Shown here one piece after another: positions 1 through 9,738 of a DNA stretch of 64,000 nucleotides; within the stretch, counting starts at the first letter, position 1, and the number at the start of each line of letters is the position of its first letter. Location of the stretch: assembly GCA_963719505.1 (NCBI GenBank), contig CAVRCF010000005.1, positions 288,001 to 352,000 of the forward strand, given 5' to 3'. The position numbers were made by a program, and so were the translations under genes. This stretch comes from Halobacteriovoraceae bacterium (lineage in GTDB: Bacteria > Bdellovibrionota > Bacteriovoracia > Bacteriovoracales > Bacteriovoracaceae). The notes below the pieces were generated by a model. The model searched no databases. It had not been told where the DNA came from and saw only the letters and a program-made list of their open reading frames with translations.

Positions 1-96
1 GCAGTGGAGTGTCATGAGTTTTTCGAGTTGGCAAAGTTGATGAAAATCATTCCAACAAGCAAGATAAACTCTTACGACAAAATTATGAAACTCTAG
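1..96 (+). CDS. 3' end of a CDS entering from the left edge (partial, unidentified)
   Basis: Frame 1 is open from base 1 (AVECHEFFELAKLMKIIPTSKINSYDKIMKL) to TAG at 94-96, followed by a hairpin. Confidence 0.35.
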   Translation, partial: AVECHEFFELAKLMKIIPTSKINSYDKIMKL

Positions 97-106
97 TAAA
101 AATGAC

Positions 107-140
107 AAAAAAAAACCCCGGCAAACTGCCGAGGCTTTCT
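107..140 (-). terminator. Rho-independent terminator for the SWIB gene, possibly bidirectional
   Basis: A-run, then ccccggca-aac-tgccgagg hairpin, then ttt; gives a U-tail on the minus strand downstream of the stop at 162. Confidence 0.7.
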
Positions 141-161
141 ATAAAACGATCTATCTATAGA

Positions 162-758
162 TTATTTTAAGTGCTTAGAAACAAGTTTAGTCATCTCAAA
201 CATTGAAACTTCTTTTTTCCCACCAAATACTGGCTTTAATTTGTCGTCAGCAAGGATGTTTCTCTTGTTTTTTGGATTTTGAAGGTCATGCTTCTTGATG
301 TAGATCCAAAGTTTTTTAACAACTTCAGTTCTTGGAAGTGGCTTAGCCCCAACGATTTCAGCTAATTCTGGAGAAGGAGTTAACTCTTTCATGAATGCTG
401 GATTTGGTTTTCTCTTAGCACCTTTTTTCTTAGGAGCTTTCTTTGCCGCTTTCTTAGCTACTTTTTTAGTCGCTTTCTTAGCTACTTTCTTCGTCGCTTT
501 TTTAGCTACTTTTTTCTTCGTTGCTTTCTTAGCTACTTTTTTCTTTGTTGCTTTTTTAGCTACTTTTTTCTTCGTTGCTTTTTTAGCTACTTTTTTCTTC
601 GTTGCTTTTTTAGCTACTTTTTTCTTCGTTGCTTTCTTAGCTACTTTTTTCGTTGCTTTCTTTGCAACTTTTTTTGTTTTCTTAGCTGCTTTTTTAACTA
701 CTTTTTTTGCTTTTTTTGCAACTTTCTTTGCTTTTTTAGCTACTTTCTTCTTAGCCAT
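162..758 (-). CDS. SWIB/MDM2-domain protein with N-terminal histone H1/Hc2-like Lys/Ala repeats
   Basis: C-terminal SPELAEIVG...RTEVVKKLWIYIKKHDLQNPKNKRNILADDKL...SMFEMTKLVSKHL is the SWIB signature; about 110 aa of KKVAKKAT repeats; GGAGG RBS upstream. Confidence 0.9.
   Translation of the reverse strand: MAKKKVAKKAKKVAKKAKKVVKKAAKKTKKVAKKATKKVAKKATKKKVAKKATKKKVAKKATKKKVAKKATKKKVAKKATKKKVAKKATKKVAKKATKKVAKKAAKKAPKKKGAKRKPNPAFMKELTPSPELAEIVGAKPLPRTEVVKKLWIYIKKHDLQNPKNKRNILADDKLKPVFGGKKEVSMFEMTKLVSKHLK
436..756. repeat. Coding tandem repeat of 24/27-nt units encoding VAKKATKK(K)
   Basis: Eight VAKKAT units plus degenerate copies; DNA unit approximately ttagctacttttttcttcgttgcttt. Confidence 0.9.
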
Positions 759-785
759 TTAGTCCTCCCGGGTTTTATTAATGAG

Positions 786-1232
786 CTATACTACTTTTTC
801 CCATTCAATTATATTCGTTGAAGTGTTACTTCCAGTTTTAACATAGTCATGTCCCTCATTAAGAGAGATCATTCTAAAATTATCTTGTGCACAGTAATTG
901 ATAATCTTATTCAAACCTTTCTCCTGTGCCAGTTCTTCGTAAAATTCTTTGATAAGGTGGGAAAATCCATTTCCTTGGTATTCCATTTTTATCGCCGTAT
1001 TTTTTGTATATAGAGTCTTATCGACAATCTTTATAAAAATTGCAGCAACAATATCTTTTTCCACAGAAACAGAAAGAAGAGACCAACCAGCAGAAATTTG
1101 AGATTTTAGTTCCTCTGTATTCCACTCGAAGTCTTGCATATCTGCAAAAGCGTTAATATTAAAATTATAGATTGATTGTATTTCTGCGTCGGTTACGCAT
1201 TCTTTTATCTCTAGTGATGTTTGTTCGCTCAT
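786..1232 (-). CDS. GNAT-family N-acetyltransferase
   Basis: EYQGNGFS acetyl-CoA-binding motif A, plus N..MISLN..HDY motif B. Confidence 0.7.
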   Translation of the reverse strand: MSEQTSLEIKECVTDAEIQSIYNFNINAFADMQDFEWNTEELKSQISAGWSLLSVSVEKDIVAAIFIKIVDKTLYTKNTAIKMEYQGNGFSHLIKEFYEELAQEKGLNKIINYCAQDNFRMISLNEGHDYVKTGSNTSTNIIEWEKVV

Positions 1233-1474
1233 TTGTAATAAATCCTTTATATAAAAAGTCTAATGTATCTGAGAGATGAAATCAAATATTATTTACCCTT
1301 ATATTGGCGCCGTGGTTTTAGTGTCAAAATGACGACTCAATTCTTGGGTTGTCTCGGTCTAACAGAAATCCTTATCAACCATCCCTTATGCCTAGACGTA
1401 TTCTAAGAGAATTCATTGCCTTTACCACCCAAATATGGGAAATATAACCCATAATAACAATCATTTGAGGCTAA

Positions 1475-3112
1475 ATGCAATCGATCATAAAAAGCTTAAA
1501 AAAAGTAGAACGCACCTTCGGAAGCATGAAGTTTGCTGTCACTATCATCTCTCTTTTCACAATCTTCCTCATTTATGGAACTTTTATGGAAAGTTATCAC
1601 GGAGCTGAGTTTGCTAATCGTCTCGTGTATAAATCGTGGTGGTTCATGGGAATTCAACTTCTCATGTTTATCAGTATTGTTGTGGCAACTTACATGAGGT
1701 TCCCTCTAAAGAAGAGGCTTTATGGCTTTTATACCATTCACTTAGGCCTTATCGTTTTATTCATCGGCTCGTTTGTGACCTATATGAGCGGTGTCGACGG
1801 AAGCCTTGAACTTTACCCCAACACTCCTTCAAGAAAGATTGGCATTGATAGAGACTTTCTAAAAGTGACTTATAAGACGGATAAAGAGTTCTCTCAAAAA
1901 TTTGCCCTTCCCTACAGTGCCTTTCCAGCGGATCTGGATGGAAGTTTTAGAAATGTTGTTAAACTCAAAGAGTTCTACCCAAGTGCAAAGCTTGAGACAA
2001 ACTGGTCAAAGACCAATTTTAAAGAAGATGAGATCGATCACGGATCAACCTACACAATATTTAATGATAATGTCTCCCAAGACTTCACTATGTCTCTCAA
2101 TCCAGTCAGTGACTTTAAATCCTCCGAGAAATTGGGGCTACTCAATTTAAGCTATATGCCAAAAACTCTCTATAAATGCTTTATAAAAGAGACAAAAAGC
2201 GGCTTTATTATTTGGAATACTCTCACTCAGGAGTGCTTTACCCCGGAGGAGCGAAATTATCCAATTATTAAAACATCTAAAGGAAATGAGTTTATCGCCT
2301 TTAACCACAATAAAGAGATTTTAAAATTCTTTCCAAACTTCTCTCCACTTCCTGTAAATGATGATCTTACCAAAAAAACAGATAGTGAATTTAGAGTATT
2401 TTCTAGAAAACTGTTTGAAGACAAACCAAACCTCTTTCTCTTTGGAGATAAAATCGCCTACTACAAGAAAAGAAAAAAAGCCTGGATCGGACAGCAGTTT
2501 AAGTCTGAAAATGACCTTATCAAGCTTCCTTGGATGGGCTTTAAGCTTAGAATGGTAGAAAATTATGATCGAATGATTCCTTATCAAGAGCCTGTCTACA
2601 CCCGTCCTATTCAAGACAACGGAAATATTGTCCAAGGAAACGTCAAAGCTGTCAGAGTTGAGATCAGAGGTAAAGACTATTGGGTGAGAACCGATGCTCC
2701 TTTGGCGCTAAACAACGGAGAAAGTGAGATTAGACTTCAATTAGTGAAGGATGAAATTCAACTTCCCTACCAAATAACACTGAGAAATTTTAAAATGGAT
2801 GTTAACCCCGGTACAAATGATCCAGCAAGCTATGAGAGCTTTGTGGATCTTCTTGACGGAAGAAATAGAGTGCCGGCAACTGATCATCACGTCTTTATGA
2901 ATAATCCTCTAAAATACGACGATTTCACTTTCTATCAAGCAAGCTACTTTCAGGTGGGACCTGAGGCTTATGGAAGTGTCTTCTCCGTAAATTTTGACCC
3001 AGGACGCCCTCTTAAGTACGGCGGAAGTCTTCTTCTGGTCTTAGGCTCAATTTGGCATTATATTATCAGAAGAAGAAAAACAAAACTACAACCGACAAAG
3101 GCCATAGCATGA
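1475..3112 (+). CDS. ccsB: Cytochrome c biogenesis protein ResB/CcsB (system II)
   Basis: N-terminal TMs with YGTFMES, VYKSWWF, IHLGLIVLFIG; C-terminal MNNPLKYDDFTFYQASY and DPG motifs. Confidence 0.85.
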   Translation: MQSIIKSLKKVERTFGSMKFAVTIISLFTIFLIYGTFMESYHGAEFANRLVYKSWWFMGIQLLMFISIVVATYMRFPLKKRLYGFYTIHLGLIVLFIGSFVTYMSGVDGSLELYPNTPSRKIGIDRDFLKVTYKTDKEFSQKFALPYSAFPADLDGSFRNVVKLKEFYPSAKLETNWSKTNFKEDEIDHGSTYTIFNDNVSQDFTMSLNPVSDFKSSEKLGLLNLSYMPKTLYKCFIKETKSGFIIWNTLTQECFTPEERNYPIIKTSKGNEFIAFNHNKEILKFFPNFSPLPVNDDLTKKTDSEFRVFSRKLFEDKPNLFLFGDKIAYYKKRKKAWIGQQFKSENDLIKLPWMGFKLRMVENYDRMIPYQEPVYTRPIQDNGNIVQGNVKAVRVEIRGKDYWVRTDAPLALNNGESEIRLQLVKDEIQLPYQITLRNFKMDVNPGTNDPASYESFVDLLDGRNRVPATDHHVFMNNPLKYDDFTFYQASYFQVGPEAYGSVFSVNFDPGRPLKYGGSLLLVLGSIWHYIIRRRKTKLQPTKAIA

Positions 3113-4593
3113 AATTAACACTTCTCACCCTTCTCCTTGCTCTTCCTGCATTTGCTGGTATTTGTGACAACTATAAAGACTTAGAGCCGCTGGCGACATT
3201 AAATAACGGACGAGTTAAGCCCTATCTTGTAGCTTCCGGTGAATTTGTTAAAACGATATCTGGAAAGTCTAAAATTGGTGACAAACCAGCGACTGAAGTT
3301 TTTTGTCAAATATCAACTGGCGACATAGCTCAACTCTCCGAGCAAATAATGGTTCATATTGATCATGTGGAACTTAAAAAGCTTGTGAATATTTCAGAAA
3401 ATGAAAGTGAGATTACCATTGAGAAAGCTCGTGGATTTAAAGAATTGGCCAGAGCCGAAATCATGGGAATGAAAGAGAATAACTCTTATAAAAAGTCCCT
3501 AAATAAATTTTGGTTCAAAGTCGACCAATTTGAAAAAGCCAGTCGTGGTGAGTTTTGGAATATACCTACTGTTGAAGGCGAAAATGTCACTTGGAGTGCT
3601 ATTGGGGCCATTAAAGATAGTGTCACTATCGAGATGTTAAATAAAAAAGATGAAGAATTCAAATCATCTATAGATAATGAAATTGGATTAGAGCTCAAGT
3701 ATGCAAGAAGTAATATTTTTACTTGGGCCATGCTGATCGCCATTATTGGAATCTTTTTAACTGTACTTTTAAAAAAAGCAACCGCTGGTCTGATAACGGC
3801 TTGGATACTCGTTGGAGTTGAAGTCATCGGTATGACGATGAGAGTTCTCATATCTGGGCGAGCACCTATCACAAATATGTACGAGACGGTTCTTTTCTCC
3901 GGTTTTGGTGCTCTTTTTATCGCATTGATTATTTACCAATTTAAAAAAGATAAGCTCTTTATCCTCGGGGGCTTGGCCTACAATATTCTTTGCCTCTTTA
4001 TGATGAAGTTTGCCGATGGCATGCTTTCAGAGTCGATTAGCCCACTAGTGCCTGTGCTTAGAGACAACTTTTGGCTCTCCACTCACGTAACAACAATTAT
4101 TTTAAGTTACGCCGCACTGGCCTTGAGCTGGATGCTAGCCAATATTGTCTTAATTAAAGGACGCTTTGGTAGTCTCACTTCAAAGGATCTGAAATACTAT
4201 GAAGACCTTATCTATTCCGCAATCAAAATTGGAATCGTTCTCCTAGCCGCAGGAATCATTTTAGGTGGTGTATGGGCTGATTACTCTTGGGGAAGATTCT
4301 GGGGATGGGATCCAAAAGAGACTTGGTCACTAATTGTTCTTCTGATCTACGTCGCTGTCTTACACGGAAAAAGTACCAGTTGGATCAATACCAAAGGCTT
4401 TATTATCTTTAGTGCGGCTGGATTTATGAGTGTGATGATGGCCTGGTTTGGCGTCAATTATATCCTCGCAACAGGACTTCATTCTTATGGGTTCTCTGAA
4501 GGTGGAGCGATATTCCTTGGAACATTTTTTATCACTCAAATTGTCATCATTCTTTTGACCGCTTTCAATTTGCAAACGAAAAAAAGTGTTTAG
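3109..4593 (+). CDS. ccsA: Cytochrome c biogenesis protein CcsA/ResC
   Basis: WWD domain GGVWADYSWGRFWGWDPKETW, LxPVLRDNFWLSTH and GLHSY. Start moved to ATG 3109, which overlaps the upstream stop (ATGA). Confidence 0.92.
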   Translation: MKLTLLTLLLALPAFAGICDNYKDLEPLATLNNGRVKPYLVASGEFVKTISGKSKIGDKPATEVFCQISTGDIAQLSEQIMVHIDHVELKKLVNISENESEITIEKARGFKELARAEIMGMKENNSYKKSLNKFWFKVDQFEKASRGEFWNIPTVEGENVTWSAIGAIKDSVTIEMLNKKDEEFKSSIDNEIGLELKYARSNIFTWAMLIAIIGIFLTVLLKKATAGLITAWILVGVEVIGMTMRVLISGRAPITNMYETVLFSGFGALFIALIIYQFKKDKLFILGGLAYNILCLFMMKFADGMLSESISPLVPVLRDNFWLSTHVTTIILSYAALALSWMLANIVLIKGRFGSLTSKDLKYYEDLIYSAIKIGIVLLAAGIILGGVWADYSWGRFWGWDPKETWSLIVLLIYVAVLHGKSTSWINTKGFIIFSAAGFMSVMMAWFGVNYILATGLHSYGFSEGGAIFLGTFFITQIVIILLTAFNLQTKKSV

Positions 4594-4804
4594 GCTTTTC
4601 ATTCTCTTTATCGTCTCAGGCTGTGCCAGTCACTCGCTGAATGATCGTTTAAAAAACGGAGAGATTCGCATAGGACCTCTTCTCGATCTCTCTAGAAGTA
4701 GCTATTTAAAAGGCTGCAGTGAAAACTCGGACCTAAGTTTTGAAGCCTGTCTAAAGAAGGCCAAGCTCCACGAAGCAGAAATTAATGAGATCCTGTCACA
4801 ATAG
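4586..4804 (+). CDS. Small putative lipoprotein
   Basis: Hydrophobic N-terminus with lipobox-like VSGC; overlaps the ccsA stop. Confidence 0.5.
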   Translation: MFRLFILFIVSGCASHSLNDRLKNGEIRIGPLLDLSRSSYLKGCSENSDLSFEACLKKAKLHEAEINEILSQ

Positions 4805-5381
4805 TCTTTTTGGTACCACAGACCCCAACTGAAAAGACTATCATCTCTTTATGAATCTTATCCATTACCGTTAAAACATTCCAAGAACCATCTTCAAAGC
4901 TGTGAAGTCCATCAAAGATTTTTATGTTGTCTTGATCATGAGTGAGGGAGTAGATATTTTTAGCCAACTTATTTCTGTCATTTTCAATTTGAGTCATTTG
5001 TTCATCTTCAAAAAGATCGTCAAGAGGAGCTTCACTGTAGCTAAAAGTTGGATCCAAAAGGTTCTCAGCGGTAAAAAAGGTGCTTACATTCGTAACCTCA
5101 GTCACATAAGAATACTCATCATAATCAGTCATAAGAGTCTGTGATTCAAGCATCAGCTGCTTAACTGTATTAATATCTTCCTCTTCTTCACTTTTTTGAT
5201 ACTTAAAGGCCTTAATATCAGAACAGTCACCATACAAGGCGACTTCTTCAGTAATTTCCAAAATTGTGTCAGAGAGACTATTGATTCTCTCATTAGCTGA
5301 ATCGATAATTTTTTCAAATGTTGCAGCATAAGAATTTTGCACACCAAGCATAACTAAAGCTGAAAGAAATCTCTTTTTCAT
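4782..5381 (-). CDS. Secreted acidic hypothetical protein
   Basis: Signal peptide MKKRFLSALVMLGVQNSYA; ATGA coupling to the upstream protease gene. Confidence 0.65.
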   Translation of the reverse strand: MKKRFLSALVMLGVQNSYAATFEKIIDSANERINSLSDTILEITEEVALYGDCSDIKAFKYQKSEEEEDINTVKQLMLESQTLMTDYDEYSYVTEVTNVSTFFTAENLLDPTFSYSEAPLDDLFEDEQMTQIENDRNKLAKNIYSLTHDQDNIKIFDGLHSFEDGSWNVLTVMDKIHKEMIVFSVGVCGTKKTIVTGSH

Positions 5382-6181
5382 CGCTTCTCCTTATGTAGAT
5401 TATTTTTAATAAACTCAATATGGAGGCTTAATGGAGCATAGATTGAGCTTATATAATTTGAATTGATATTTATTCCCCTAAGAACCCCTACTTGTTCTTT
5501 ACTCTCCAAAAGAAGCGGACTTCCTGAATCTCCTGCTGAGGTTATTTGATCGTCAATGCTTCTACTAAAAAGCTCGATAAATTCCTCGTTGCGGCTAATT
5601 GTCTCTAAACGGTAAAAAGGATTCAGAGGATTATTATAAATGATTCCGCTAGGTGTTTGTTCATAGCTTAGATAGCCATACCCCACAGCAGTCACTGCTG
5701 TGCCCTCATATTGTTTTTGAAAGTTTAATCTTGTCTTCTTAAAGAGTTTTGAAAGCTTATATTTAAGCTTTATTAAAGCAATATCATATTGGGTCACGGC
5801 CTTATGTTTTTTTGCATAATCTAATTGTAGAGCGCTATTAAGCGGATCCAGATCAAGCCGGTCTTGACTGTCGTAGAAAGCTTTAGAAAGTGAATAATAG
5901 GCATTGGGAATAGAGATGGCCAAGACCTTGTATGATCTTCCCTCGATAAGAAGCTTAAGTCTCTTACCTGCGCGAATTTGATCAGTACAGTGAGCAGCAG
6001 TTAAAACTGTGTAATCGTCTATAATGGTGGCCGTACAATGAGGATAGATATCCCCAGAGCTTTTAAAAGCGATCTTATAAACGTTTTCGTATTCTTTTTG
6101 GTTGTCCTCTACTCCATCGATTATTTCGGCCAGAGCAAGCTGACTTAAAACGAGAAGAAAGAGGCAAAAGATACTTTTCAT
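5378..6181 (-). CDS. Secreted trypsin-like (S1) serine protease
   Basis: VLTAAHC, YDIALIKL and GDSGSPL catalytic triad motifs; signal peptide. Confidence 0.92.
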   Translation of the reverse strand: MKSIFCLFLLVLSQLALAEIIDGVEDNQKEYENVYKIAFKSSGDIYPHCTATIIDDYTVLTAAHCTDQIRAGKRLKLLIEGRSYKVLAISIPNAYYSLSKAFYDSQDRLDLDPLNSALQLDYAKKHKAVTQYDIALIKLKYKLSKLFKKTRLNFQKQYEGTAVTAVGYGYLSYEQTPSGIIYNNPLNPFYRLETISRNEEFIELFSRSIDDQITSAGDSGSPLLLESKEQVGVLRGININSNYISSIYAPLSLHIEFIKNNLHKEKR

Positions 6182-6299
6182 GCACGCATCTTAAACTTAA
6201 AACTCATACGAATGTTAGAAAATCCAAAATCATGACAAATTTTCATGGTTAAATTGACTAGTTTCTAATGACTTAGATGTGAAATGGTACTTTTTATAC

Positions 6300-6330
6300 A
6301 AAAAAACCCAGAGCCTAAACCCTGGGTCTT
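6300..6330 (-). terminator. Probable Rho-independent terminator
   Basis: A7 followed by an acccag...ctgggt hairpin, just downstream of the minus-strand gene ending at 6357. Confidence 0.55.
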
Positions 6331-6356
6331 ATAACACTAATCAATCTAAGCCTTAA

Positions 6357-7586
6357 CTAAAGAACTAGGTAAGGATTGATATTTTGACGAGTAATTTCTT
6401 TAACCATGACTGAGTTACCTGTTGCTTCGAAAAATCCAACAAGTGCCCCTTCATTTCTTTTTTGCTCTACATAGAAAGACTCAGCAAAGTTTTCTACTAA
6501 AGATTTAATCCAACCTGGGATTGGTAAGAACCCAAGTCCAACCTGACCGAGGTTTAAAAGAGATCTAAATCTTTTCACTTTATTTGGTTTTTCATAGTAG
6601 TAAGCTGTGGCCATCTTACCAGAGAGCATATGCTGGTTATTCATTAAGTTTTTAACAACTCTCTGACCATCTTCTACAGCTTCAACAAAACCGTAGTTGT
6701 ATCTTACAGGACTTGCCATTGTACCATTCATTGAGGCTTGTCTAATTTTGTTATTTCCAACTCTAACGACAGCAAAGAATTTATCTAAACCGTACATTTC
6801 CCAGTTATTAGCCGCTCTATTTGACTCTCCATAAGAGATAGCACCAATTCTTGACTCATAGATTGATGAGAACACTCTGTTAACATCACTCTCACTCATA
6901 CCAAGCTTTGTTTCAAAGTTTTGAAGGTAATGAAGAAGCATATTTTGGTGAAATTGTCTTTGCTCTAGGACAAGATCGTGAACTTTAACGATAACAAAAG
7001 AAGCTAGGTTTAAAACTGGAATATTTCCAAATTTTTTCTTAGCAAAATTAAGAGCTCTTGTTACCACTTCATACGTTACCGTCTTTCTGTAGAAGTATCT
7101 TGCATCTGTTGGATCAGCAACAATTGAAAGATCGAGCATCTTAAGAGCTTTTTTAAGATCAAATTCAAATGCCTTGAGAACATTATGTTGTTGAATATCA
7201 GCGAAAGCCTTATCAACATTAATCATTGGAAGATTCTCTAGGGACTCTCTCACGACCTTTGCATTTTCATAAGCCTCATCAGACTTATTTGAATTTTCAA
7301 CCATGTAATCAACGAAGGCATCTAATTCTGCAGAAGTTTCTGATTTGTCTCTGCTTTGAATTCTTGCGATCTCTTCTTTGAGATCATTTTTGATTTGAAC
7401 AAGATAAGGCGCAATTGAGAAGCTCGATAAGAACTTCATCTTAACCGCGGTCACTTCACCTTGGTCATTTTTTACGATTTTGAATCTCTTGTTGAATCCG
7501 TCCATTGTTTGAGTTGGTGTAGACGCACCAAATGCTGCTTGTAAACTTAACCCTAATATTAAAAAGACTATCCATGTCCTCTTCAT
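6357..7586 (-). CDS. Secreted hypothetical protein
   Basis: 409-aa ORF with signal peptide and strong AGGAGG RBS; no motif recognised. Confidence 0.75.
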   Translation of the reverse strand: MKRTWIVFLILGLSLQAAFGASTPTQTMDGFNKRFKIVKNDQGEVTAVKMKFLSSFSIAPYLVQIKNDLKEEIARIQSRDKSETSAELDAFVDYMVENSNKSDEAYENAKVVRESLENLPMINVDKAFADIQQHNVLKAFEFDLKKALKMLDLSIVADPTDARYFYRKTVTYEVVTRALNFAKKKFGNIPVLNLASFVIVKVHDLVLEQRQFHQNMLLHYLQNFETKLGMSESDVNRVFSSIYESRIGAISYGESNRAANNWEMYGLDKFFAVVRVGNNKIRQASMNGTMASPVRYNYGFVEAVEDGQRVVKNLMNNQHMLSGKMATAYYYEKPNKVKRFRSLLNLGQVGLGFLPIPGWIKSLVENFAESFYVEQKRNEGALVGFFEATGNSVMVKEITRQNINPYLVL

Positions 7587-7733
7587 AATCTACCTCCTAT
7601 CCGTGGAAATTATATAAAAGTTATTAATTTATACTAGGGAGTTTGAGATAGATTTACTAAGTAATTTTTAAAGATGTAAGAATATATTATATACCTTGCT
7701 TGCACCAAATACCCGTCTATATTACATTGCTTT

Positions 7734-8609
7734 ATGCGTTTTTTAACCCTTGCGTCCCTTTTCTTATCTCTGTCTGCTGTGGCTTTATTTCACCTTCCTG
7801 AGAGTAGAACCTACATCCCCAGAGTTGATATAGGTTATGAACAATACAATACCCCATCGCTTCATTTTAAGTCTCAATACGTTCTTACCTTTGACGATGG
7901 ACCTCACCCGATAAACACGCCAAAGATTTTAGATATCTTAAAAGAATATAATGTTAAGGCCACTTTCTTTGTTCTAACGCATAAACTTAAAAGAAGTAAT
8001 CTGGCCCTTATAAAAAGAATACTTGATGAAGGACATATTGTATCAAGCCACGATCATATTCATGATCACAATAATAGAATCGACAAAGAGACATTTAAAA
8101 AGAAAATGACCATGTCATTTTTAAAGCTTAAAGAATATTACGAATTAGCTGGTCATGAGATGACGACATTCTATTTTAGATTTCCCTACGCTGAGTACGG
8201 CGGAAGATCTGACTACCATCATATTAATGTCCTCAAAGAAGTCTCTGATGAGCTTTTTGGTAAGAACTGTATTCACTTTGCCTTTTGGGATATCGATTCA
8301 GGTGACTGGATACCAAACCTTACACCGACAGAGGTTTATAAAAACATAAGAGCCCATCATATCGGTGGAGAGTATACAACTTATAGAACCACCAGAGACT
8401 CAAGAGGAAGACAAGTTATCTTAAAAAAGAAAGCCTATGTCGATAAACCTACTGAGGGAGGGGTGATCCTTCAACACGATATTCAAACGCGAAGTATTGA
8501 GGGCACCAGACAATTTTTGCAATACGCACTTGAAAACCAGATTAAAATTGTCAGAATGGATGATGTGGATGAGTTCTCTTATAAGGGACTTGGTTGCTCG
8601 TTCAAGTAA
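7734..8609 (+). CDS. Secreted polysaccharide/peptidoglycan deacetylase (CE4/NodB)
   Basis: LTFDDGP, SHDHIH, FRFPY, DSGDW and ILQHD motifs; signal peptide. Confidence 0.9.
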   Translation: MRFLTLASLFLSLSAVALFHLPESRTYIPRVDIGYEQYNTPSLHFKSQYVLTFDDGPHPINTPKILDILKEYNVKATFFVLTHKLKRSNLALIKRILDEGHIVSSHDHIHDHNNRIDKETFKKKMTMSFLKLKEYYELAGHEMTTFYFRFPYAEYGGRSDYHHINVLKEVSDELFGKNCIHFAFWDIDSGDWIPNLTPTEVYKNIRAHHIGGEYTTYRTTRDSRGRQVILKKKAYVDKPTEGGVILQHDIQTRSIEGTRQFLQYALENQIKIVRMDDVDEFSYKGLGCSFK

Positions 8610-8670
8610 AAAAGAACATTACTCAATTGGAACAATGTTAAACATATTACTGACTAATATCATTCTGAAT

Positions 8671-9306
8671 CTATTCACAGAGTTCTGTTAGTGATCTCTT
8701 TTCCCTTCTTAATTGCATTACTCTTGGTGGAGTACCTGTTCCTGCAAGTTGGTCATTAAACTTAATATTTGCTTGAATTCTTATTCTTGTATTTAATATT
8801 TGTGACTTAAAGCTTTTTCTCAACCTATTAACTCTATTAAAATTGGCATCACCCTTTCCACCTTGTGCAAATGCACAACTCAGTGCCTCACCCAATAAGT
8901 TTGAAATCTTTCTAGATAATTCTCTGTTCTCAGCATTGATTAAGGCTTGTTGGGAGGCTTTAAACATTTGCTTGAACGCCTTTCTTTCTTCAGGACTTTC
9001 ACTAACATTGCTGTTTATCCAAAGCTCCACATCATCTCTAACTCCATCACCGTCTACGTCGACTCCAAGTAAAGTTGAATCGTTGACTTCCTTATCAGGC
9101 ATCGGAGGAATAACGTCTCCATCGTCAATTATAGGGAGACTATCAGTCGCTTTTGCCCCATCAAGAGCATTTGCACATGGGCTAGCACATTTTTTATGGG
9201 TCACTTTAAGTTTTGCAATTGGACTTTTTTCTTTATCCTTTTTTCTGCTATCAGCAAATGAGGAGTCTAGTAGTAAAAAAATAAATATTAATAAAAATTT
9301 TTTCAT
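8671..9306 (-). CDS. Secreted protein with GxDxDxDGVRDDV domain (copy 1)
   Basis: Signal peptide from ATG 9306 (MKKFLLIFIFLLLDSSFA); PPMPDKEVNDSTLLGVDVDGDGVRDDVELWI. Confidence 0.75.
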   Translation of the reverse strand: MKKFLLIFIFLLLDSSFADSRKKDKEKSPIAKLKVTHKKCASPCANALDGAKATDSLPIIDDGDVIPPMPDKEVNDSTLLGVDVDGDGVRDDVELWINSNVSESPEERKAFKQMFKASQQALINAENRELSRKISNLLGEALSCAFAQGGKGDANFNRVNRLRKSFKSQILNTRIRIQANIKFNDQLAGTGTPPRVMQLRREKRSLTELCE

Positions 9307-9503
9307 TAAGATCCCTAGGAAATATTTGATCGAATATCTGTTCGGCAAAAAATATGATAAAAGTGAGGACCAAATTCAAATAAAACTTGAAAGGTCTGGT
9401 ATAGTTAGCCAAACTCTGTCATTGATCTTTTCTTAATTCTTAATCCACAAAAAAATTTGAATTATTATTGGGACACAATTTGTTGTCACTTGATAGTATG
9501 ATC

Positions 9504-9713
9504 CTAGTCTTCTATGCCTTCATCTTGATCTTGCCCTTTAGACTTATACTTTCTATAAAATGCCTCTTTTCGATCTTCTATTTCAAGCCTTTTCTCTTCA
9601 AGCATCTGATTGGTATACCTAATCATTTCTGAAGAATTCTCCTGCTGATCTGTTTCAGATCCTAAAGCACTAAATGTTGTTATGACTAGTAGTAAACAAA
9701 TAAGTTTGATCAT
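9504..9713 (-). CDS. Small secreted hypothetical protein
   Basis: AAGGAG RBS, signal peptide, charged helical body of 69 aa. Confidence 0.6.
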   Translation of the reverse strand: MIKLICLLLVITTFSALGSETDQQENSSEMIRYTNQMLEEKRLEIEDRKEAFYRKYKSKGQDQDEGIED

Positions 9714-9738
9714 AAATTCTCCTTTTGATATTTTTATA

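Noticed and set aside
436-756. 27-nt repeats as a possible CRISPR array
   Set aside because: The repeats are head-to-tail with no spacers, lie in frame within a CDS, and there are no cas genes.
391-762. Plus-strand 123-aa hydrophobic ORF (FLATFFFVA repeats)
   Set aside because: It is the antisense mirror of the Lys/Ala repeats; the minus strand has the RBS and the SWIB domain.
8843-9436. 197-aa plus-strand ORF, and other short antisense ORFs throughout the window
   Set aside because: They are shadows of well-supported genes on the opposite strand or frame and show no motifs.
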